DNA from: a virus
Lineage: Duplodnaviria > Caudoviricetes
Direction: 5' to 3' (one strand)
DNA: 30,232 bases
Virus record (IMG/VR): IMGVR_UViG_3300032328_000712
Coordinates: 1 to 30,232 of that record
Made by a program: the position numbers and the translations under genes. The notes below the pieces were generated by a model. That model was not told where the DNA came from, did no database searches, and was given only the letters and a program-made list of their open reading frames with translations. Position 1 is the stretch's first letter. Each line of letters starts with the position of its first letter. Below, in pieces: positions 18,701 to 26,500 of this stretch.

Positions 18701-19973
18701 GTGCTGCTGCTTCTCTAAAAAACTTAAAATAGTCTTCCATACTTGTTGTTACTGTAAGAGAGTCTGCATCTTCCCAAATACCAGTATACATTGTTTTTAG
18801 TGGAAATCTATAGTCATTAGATCCAATAGTTAACTTTTGATATATTTTAATTTCTACATTTGGCTTTAAGATATTCTGTAGAATAGAGTCTGAATTATTC
18901 TTATTAAAAAAGAAGTCATAGTCAGATAAAGACAGTGATCCACTTGAAGAAACTACACTTCCAATAGGCAAACCATAAGCAGAGTTTCCAACAGAAGACC
19001 TTATGTCTAGGTTAATTACATTGTTTGTAATATCTGCAACAAGTCTTGGACTTAATTCAATTACTTCTATTGGTATTCCTGGCTGAGACATTTTTTCAAC
19101 ATATAGTCTAATTCCTTTTAGGCTTACAATTTTACTATCTAATGATGACTTGCTAAAAGAAGTTACAACTTTTTCATCTGGAGCATCAATTACTGCGGTA
19201 TATTCTGACCAAACACCAGAACCTTGATGATAAATATTTAATATTCCGTCTTGTAAAACATTAGAGTTTGTTGCGGTATAAAGATCAAACCATACAGTTC
19301 CATTTAATGTTCCTTGTACCTTAAAAGTTTTTGCATAACCTTGATGCTTTTGTGTTTTAACAACTATCTTATTTACATATATCATATCTTCATAAACAAT
19401 AAAAGGTGATGCATCTGTAATTGCATACTGACCACTTACTTCTGTTTTAGAAGATACTCCAATAGTCACACCATTTTTTTGTCTAATTGAAGACCAATAT
19501 TTAAATGATGAGTTTTTAGAAATAGGATAAACTCTAGTGTCTTCTGAAATAAGATTAAATATTCTAGTTATTGCCAAAGAGTCAGCATCCCCATTAATTG
19601 GTTTACCTGAACCTTTTATACTTTTACCTTTTTTATCTTTAGCATAAGCATCATAAACTAATGACTTATTTGCAACACCGTGAATAATTCCTGGATTTGG
19701 TCTATTTGTTTTAAAAATATCTTTTAACGGTGTATATTTAATTCTATCAATGTCAGTATTTGTTACTGGAGCATCATCACCAGAAGTATAAGTGTAATTT
19801 TGGTATCCGTCATCTGTTGTTCCATTAGCAAGTAAACAACCAATGCTAGAGTATGGGGTGTAAGCATTATAGTTCCATTCAGCAATGACCTGATGGGTGG
19901 AGTCTAAAGAAGAACTATAAGCAAGTTCTGTTTTAATTTCTGTATTTAATGCGGTATTTCCAGTACTAAGCAT
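15747..19973 (-). CDS. Large minor tail protein (baseplate hub/Tal-like position)
   Basis: 1408 aa; second gene after the TMP; C-terminus NPILELGDKVGL...YTISSISHT...IEIKE resembles tail-tip hub proteins. Confidence 0.7.
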   Translation of the reverse strand: MLSTGNTALNTEIKTELAYSSSLDSTHQVIAEWNYNAYTPYSSIGCLLANGTTDDGYQNYTYTSGDDAPVTNTDIDRIKYTPLKDIFKTNRPNPGIIHGVANKSLVYDAYAKDKKGKSIKGSGKPINGDADSLAITRIFNLISEDTRVYPISKNSSFKYWSSIRQKNGVTIGVSSKTEVSGQYAITDASPFIVYEDMIYVNKIVVKTQKHQGYAKTFKVQGTLNGTVWFDLYTATNSNVLQDGILNIYHQGSGVWSEYTAVIDAPDEKVVTSFSKSSLDSKIVSLKGIRLYVEKMSQPGIPIEVIELSPRLVADITNNVINLDIRSSVGNSAYGLPIGSVVSSSGSLSLSDYDFFFNKNNSDSILQNILKPNVEIKIYQKLTIGSNDYRFPLKTMYTGIWEDADSLTVTTSMEDYFKFFREAAAPDLMIANNTGVPTSVALLMMLDNIGFTGFRFEKTSNDNDYEDVVMDFFYSKKEQTVLEVLESVAVSTQTSIYMDVDNELIAMTKEKMIAPEKKDFWFIGNDGVTTKDNIPYISNIQSFNESSEPPITDVNVDFNGLGLEKKSLSLINSNDDKKQQHLESPNFGASFINKDLRYTLDIVWQPGNDKGKSDNYLAAAAIIKDIPEKTPMQLFVDKTESADSKQDAIRKFYAKSNAAKTHLCMNLDKEMINTFINSYNGYIMIDTEIIKYNGILFFMSNPREKTFKKKILFSVEEYNFEKSKLRQGGSIEPEALIVSLDFKTAIDPLDPTKNIYTLISDGRGQNKTEITAHKAVDTSKEFMQDRAADDWQKYGVQLWGPKRAVPASIINSFTVTNRIDNFISNKTTGALMTSKSIPGYIRVSSARSSGNIPSRRNLIPTSSLTSAIRLSSTSARFTFNFFTQNFAVGQVVTISGMTPDSYNQTVTVTAVGGSPGAFTFDAKGTGFPDAPGTGGTYYIENLVTDFLPMDNVSEQIVAGIFKKIKVNGSTIPIKRIGTRMRLVADVPKNVDAGETLIKDSCIAGIGWSIATTSKGSKSGITGYFVEVEDVGKIDQDSLLNANYRNLRFYKVVYEAGKHIPKILVNAWVNVSSTPSTAPDMGTALTDAKGGGKSYAQIFDLEVVTRDKGNTRYYEIYWDDQQVAEASEPKSSIAPETSYAGFITRGESSAIYEYLYVSSSPDDIVVEKVSSVLTKNKNQKMSNLAGRGLLPDTLMQSLGNSKVLVYFEDFGRYAREVKKFDARFDTPSLNPNLISLSEVNPNYFVSDFQPSSFGASFWLYNTGSGPIQIDETAQTPLWISAFALKNINPGTVQSSKLVEKEEYDKEDNDRYTINRNLYGKQEVMISGDFINNLEQARSLATWITDSLSKERKSISLSIFPNPILELGDKVGLLYSDKLYNDDTKTYTISSISHTISNTGPAMNIEIKECV

Positions 19974-20503
19974 TACACTTCCACCAAACTAAGATCAATA
20001 TTCCATAAATCTAAACTAGAACCTCTTTCAACTACATTGTAAGAAAAACTTTCAAAAAACACGTTTACCTTTTCAACATTTTTCTTTATATTTGCTGTTG
20101 ATACTGTGCTATCTACGTCATATACTAATAACATCCAAAAATCTCCAGTATGATCTTCATACCATTTAAGCATTTCCTGACCACCTGCAAAATCAGAAGA
20201 TGCAGAATATTCAGTTACTTGAGTTTTTCTAGATGGTAATCTATCCCAAGATGTAGAAAAATTCTTTTTATCTGCAACGTGATATGATCTCATTGTTCCA
20301 TTAATCATTCTTTGCTTATATTCAATACGTTCAAAAGATACTGCAAGCTCTGATCTATTGTTATCAGAGATGTATAGGTAATTTGGTCCAAGGTCCCATT
20401 TGCCATCTCTTGATGTTCCAGCAGCACCTAATAATGGTTCATCTTCTGACCATATAATAAGAGATGGACGTGAATATTTTTGAGCAAGATTATTATAAGC
20501 CAT
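19973..20503 (-). CDS. Distal tail (Dit)-like protein
   Basis: 176 aa directly after the TMP; QRMINGTMRSYHVADKKNFSTSWDRLP...WNIDLSLVEV. Called on synteny. Confidence 0.6.
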   Translation of the reverse strand: MAYNNLAQKYSRPSLIIWSEDEPLLGAAGTSRDGKWDLGPNYLYISDNNRSELAVSFERIEYKQRMINGTMRSYHVADKKNFSTSWDRLPSRKTQVTEYSASSDFAGGQEMLKWYEDHTGDFWMLLVYDVDSTVSTANIKKNVEKVNVFFESFSYNVVERGSSLDLWNIDLSLVEV

Positions 20504-20505
20504 TA

Positions 20506-23500
20506 TTAACCAATTCTCCTAGAATTACTACTAATTCTACCACCAACAGCTTTATTAACGTGATGCATAACCATATCCATACCTGCACCATTAAAGTTCA
20601 TAACTGGACTAGAGTTTATGTTTGAAGAGTTTGAAGTTATCTGTCCTCCACGAGCCATTTGTGCAATAGGGGCTGGAGCCATTCCTCCACCTGCAGAAGG
20701 AATATTATAACTTGGAGTTGGTGGTGCAGATATGCTTGGCATAGGAACACTTCCTCCAGCAGCCATTCCTGGTGCAATAGACATTGTTGGCATTGATCCA
20801 ATAAATCCACCACTAGCAAACTTCTTAGCATTAATCTTATCCATAAACTTTGGACCATAGGCTTTTACAGCAGATGCATTCATTATATATTCACCATTTG
20901 ATGCCATAATTGGAATTGAGTCAGATGTGCCAGTTCCTGGACCAGATAACATACCGCCACTTGCAAAGTTTGGTGCAATAGCTCTACCACTTGCTCCAGT
21001 ATTAACAAAATAATTTGACTTTGTTGGTGCTGAAACTGAACTACTTACAGGCTTTGTAGTGTTTCCTGCTGTTGCTCCACCAGTAACTCCTCCCTGAGCA
21101 GTTCCAACATTAATTCCAGCCAATTCTGCAACTTTTGCTATAGCAGATCCTGGCTTAACTGGCTGATTTAAAGAGTCAACAACCCCACCTAAAACATCTC
21201 CTGCTGCTCCAAGAGAGTCTGCAATATTTTTTGTAATAGCCTCAACGTCTTGTCCAAGAACCCCAAGTGCTGTTTCTTTATCAGAATTAAATGTTTCAAT
21301 AGCCAAACCAAGGTCTTCTTTTACTTTATTAAAATCTTTGCGTTCTTGATCTGTCATAGAGGATGTGTCTGCATTTTGCAAAACTTGAGACGCTTGCATT
21401 CCAGCATTAGTTGCAAGACTCATTGCTTCTCTAACTGCTGCTGCATATCCAGGATCGGATGGGCTCATAGCTACAACTTTTTCAATTTTTGATATTGCTT
21501 TTTCTGCAGCACCAACCGATACAGCTCTTTTCTTATTTAAAAATTCTATCTCTGCTTCAATATTTGCAAGTTCTGCTTCGTGTCTTGCAGCCTCTGCTTC
21601 TCTTCTATTATCAATAGCTCTTAGATCTTCATCAAGTTTCCTTTGAGCAGCATCTGAAGTTTCTTGTATTGCTTGCATTGAACGATCTCTACCAAACTGA
21701 TCGGCACTTGATGCTGCATCCATCTGAGCACCAATAAATCCAAAGACATCTCCACCAGAAATTGCCTTAAGACCAGACAATCCAGTCTTTCTTTGATTGG
21801 CATAATAGTCTTCTGCTTGCTTTTCTCTTTCAAGTTCTTTGATATAGTAATCGGTATTTCTCTGAAGAATATCTTTTTTATCATTTAGGCGTTTTGCTTC
21901 ATTGTCAAGATTTTTCATTGCTTGTTCGTGACGCTTATTTTCAATTTCTACTTCTGCTTGCTTTGCTGCAATCAAAATATCAAAGGTTTTTCCAAGTTCT
22001 GTTTTTATTAGTTCAAGTTGCTTCTTTGTTTGTTCTAGTTGAATATCAACTTCTAGATCAATTTTTGCTAATGCTTGTATTTTTGCTAGTTGGTTTACAA
22101 ATGTTTGCATAGCTTCTGGAGAAGGATCTCCTCCTGAGTTTTTAATTAAATCATTTACTAAATTAATATTACCAGACTGAATAGCAGAAGTAATAGCGTT
22201 TGCAAACTTTGGACCCATTCCTGCAAACTTATTTTCTGCATCTTTTGCCATCTTAGTTAAGCCACCGCCTTGAACAAAACTGTATCCTAAATCGGCATTG
22301 CTTGCTCCTGCTTCTTTTAACATTTCAAGGATTGCACCATTTGCAGCATCTTGTTGTGCCTGTGTTCCATTAGCAATATTTTCAATAATCATTGCACCTG
22401 CTTGATTTGCTGCTGATGGGTCGGTAGCTGCTATTGAATATGCAGTCTTAAGTGAACCTGCAATAGCTTCTCCTAATTGTTTTTCATCTAAACCTAAAGA
22501 GCTCATAGTTCCCAAAATTCCAGCAGTTAATTCTTTTGGAGTATCTTCATTAATTTGTGTAAAATCTCCATAATCATTAAGATTAGCAGGATTAAATGTT
22601 GAAGTAATCTTAGTCATTGCTGATTGTTGGCTGAATGCAGCTTTCATTGCTTCTTCAGTGTCATAAATAGTACCAGTTTTTTTATTAATATACTTACCAA
22701 TTAGATTTGGATCAACTTTTCCTATACTTGACACAAGAGCTTTTGTAGATGCAACTGTTTGATCTGCAATATCAGTAGTAGTTTTAAGACTATCTACATT
22801 TATACTATTAAATGCTGACATAGCACCAGATTGACGAGCAATTTCTTGCACATATGCTTTTGCATCTTCTTTACTAAATCCTTTTTGAGTAAGATTAATA
22901 TATGTAAGTAATAGTTTATTCCTTTTTTCTTCTTGATTAAGTACAAACTTAAGACTATCAATTAAATCACCATAGTCTTTTTTAACAACTTCAGCATATG
23001 TTTTATCGTAAGCACCTTTACCAGTACCTTTCATTCCAAGACTTGTTGCAATTTTTGAATATGTTTGTGCAATAGCAGAAGTATCTTTCAAAGTAATTCC
23101 AAGAAGTTTTGCACCTTCGATAGGGTCTTTAAACATTGCTTGACCTGCTGCTTTTGCTTTTTGTACCGCTTCTTGATACATTGCAATACCCTTATTAACA
23201 CCAGCAATAGCAGCAGATGTAGCAATCATTCCCATAGGACCACCCAAGAATCCAAGAAACTTTGCACCACCTCCAAGCAATTTACCCATACCGCTAGACA
23301 TTTTACTAGATCCTGGGGCTTGCATAGATGCTGCTTTATCTTTCATTGCTTGCACTTTTTCATTATCAACAAGCATTTGTGCAACACCTTGAATAGATGT
23401 AATTGCAAGAGTAGTTGCTGCTGCCATTTTTGTAAACTTATCTGCACCATCTTGAGCAGTTGCAGTAAATTGTTGGAAGGCAGTTTGTAAAGTATATGCT

Positions 23501-26500
23501 CCACTTGTTAAGAACCCAATACTTGCTGCAAACTTATCCATTCTTCCAGCAGCAATATTGCCTTGAAATGTAGGTTGTGTTTCTTGTTGCTTGGTTGCTG
23601 CTGATTGACCCTCTACAAAATCAAGACCACTTGTAACGGTTGTATTTGCATAACCTCTAAGTCTTTGAAATTTTCCACCACGCATTAATGCTGTTCCCAT
23701 AGGATGAACAATATTACCTCTAGCTTCATCTCCTGGAGATGTTACACCTGCAATACCACCGCCAGGAGCAATAGCAAGAAGCTCCTTACTAGATACCGCA
23801 ATAGGCTGACCTGTTACAGTATTTGCAACCATATCATCAATACCACTTGACAAGACATTACCCATAGCATCAACCTTAACAGTTGCACCCGTTCCAGTTC
23901 CTCTAAATCCACCTGCTGCAGATGAGATACTTTGAATGTTTGGCATTACCATTCCTGGTCTAATAGCTCCAGATGGCATTACAATGCCACTAGAGGCTGT
24001 TCTAGAGCCTTGTGTGCTTGATGTTGGTGCTCCGCCACCCTTTGGATCATATGCCCTTACAGTGATGTTTGGAAGGTTTGAAGGCAATGCTCTTTGTCCA
24101 AGAGTGTCATAGAAGTTACCTTGTAGTCTTGCTTGCATACCTGCTGCAACAGCGATTGGCATTCCTGGAGAAGTTCTTGATGGGAACATTCTTGCAAGCG
24201 TCATCATAACCTTTGCACCGTTTGCGGTATTTGGATGAACACCATCTGCAATCTTTGTTAGTTCTGCTTGAACTACTGGCATTGCTAGTCCAGATGCAGC
24301 AACAACTCTTGAGACGGTAGAAGGATTTAACAACCCACCAATATCTTTTCTGCTATTTAAAGTCTCAAGGAATACATTGTAAACTTGAGAGTCTTTCATC
24401 AAATTAGCTGCAGCCCATACCTTTTCATATATTCCATTAGCATTTGTTGTGGACGGATTAATATGTGCCAATACATCTTGAATATAGAATGATGCAAGTC
24501 TATCTGATTCAGGAATACCTGCATTTTGTAATGCAGAAACTATTGCTTGATATTCAGCATCTCTAGTAGCCCAATTAGGAATGCCTTGCAAAACACCTGC
24601 ATATGCTTTAGGTGCTGCTGCTTTCTTTGCCCAAGTAGTTGTTTCAGTTGCATATCCATTTATGCGACCACCCATTTGTTTTTGATTCATAAAGTAATTA
24701 AGTAAAGGATACTTGTCAGGTACAGATCTGGTAGTTTTCGATTGTGAGGGAGAGCCCCACATATTTTCTCCTGTTTCTGGATGTACAAGCTTAAGCCTAC
24801 CGCTATCTGTCCTAAAAGCTCTAACCTTTAGATCTTTATCTGGACCTGGAGCAGTATATATATCTCCATCTTGTGTAAATCCAGCGTCTTCAAGCATTTT
24901 TATACTAGCATTTGCTCTATACCCAGCAAGATATTTATATCTCTTAAAAGTATTAAATGCTTTTTCAATCGGATCTTCATCTAATGCCTCACGATATAAA
25001 ATTTTATCGTTAAGCATTTCTGGAGCATCTTGAAGACCTATTTGCATAGACTGCTTTATGGTATTTTCATAGCCTTCTTTAATATCAGACTCTGGGTGCT
25101 GTTTTGAAAAAGCTCTAAAAGCTTGTTTCATTGTTTGTGTTGATCCTGCTGAATTAAAAAACTTTTCCATAAGGGTTTCTTTTCTTACCAAGGCTTCATC
25201 ATTATTTAGCTTATCGTTAATTTCTTTAGGAACATCAAACCCAAGAGGATATTTTAAATTAATATTTTGACCAACATTTGTTCCTGGAACAATATGTGCA
25301 AAATATCCCCCTGCAGCACTTTTTAATCTTTTTTCCTTAGATTGTGGAATAGAAATGCCAGCAAGTTTTTTAGCAATAGCATCACGTTGTTCTGGAGCAA
25401 TATTTCCTGGAATAAATGACATAATTGATTGTAAGTCCTTTGCTTCGATTGCAGCACGAAGTGCAGTTGCTGACATAGCACCTTCTGGTCTAGCTACACT
25501 ATGAATAGTTGCTTTTAATCCAAGTTTTTCTGCACTTCTTGGTAAGAAATTCTTAAACTTACCTGCTTGATCTTCACCCAAGAATATGTCTGCAGAAGTA
25601 TATCCATTGTTTACCCAACCTTGTAACTTGTCTGTAATTTTTGTTCCAGAACTTGGTGGTTGTAAGTTTGCTGCATATTGTGGGAACATCATCTTAAACA
25701 ATGAATACTTTTCATTCAAAGACAAAGGATTTTTTGGGTCTCCTTCTTTAGAATCTAAATCAAACTTAAAGTCTGATCCAGTAGACTGAGCCCAAGCACT
25801 TGCAGCATCAAGAAGTATTCCATGACCTGCGTGTGGAGGATTCATTCTTCCAAATATTGTTGTAAGAGACTTTCCTTGTTTTCCTAAACCTTCTGCATAT
25901 CCATTAACTCTTCCACCTAATGCATATCCCATCCAACTTGGATAACCTGCAGCAGTTGCTTTTTCATACTCTTCTTTATTTGCTTGCTTTGTAAGTAATG
26001 CTTTTGCTGCTGCTGCTTCTGTTGGTGGTTTCTTTACTTCTGGAACAACACCAATATGACTATCATATACTGAACCCCAATCAATTCCTTGTGCTGCTTG
26101 AAGGTCTCCAGCAAGTACACCAAATATTTGTTGCTCTTCTTTTGTAAGATTCATTCCTGCAAGAGATGCCATAGCTGCTGGGAAGTTTGCCTGTGCTGTT
26201 GATATTGCTTGCATAAATCCAGCGATATATTGTTCTCTTGTCATTCCCTGTGCAATACCTGCGGTTGCTTCTGTAAACCATCTTCTTGCACCGCCCTTTT
26301 GCATTAGGAAGTTAACTTTAGCCTGATCTTGAACAGAGAACTTTTTACCTGTCAAGCCTCTTGGCTGAGATGCCCTGTCTGAGCCATATCCTGCACCTTG
26401 GTCAACAACAATTCCATCATAAAGATTGTCTGGTTGTAAATCGCTATCTCCACGAATAATTGCAGATAGTGCTTGCATAAAGAAATCACCAGCACCTATC

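Noticed and set aside
20637-26281. Nested or antisense ORFs in the TMP gene considered as hidden immunity or antitoxin genes (e.g. 23065-23490, 24713-25033, 25586-25789, 26081-26281)
   Set aside because: No RBS or promoter is visible, their composition mirrors the antisense codon pattern, and they do not pair one-to-one with cargo modules.
26284-26310. FLMQKGGAR, resembling the LMQKGGR linker
   Set aside because: It lacks the downstream [GS][YH]A half and lies in the expected C-lobe of kinase module 4, so it was not counted as a boundary.
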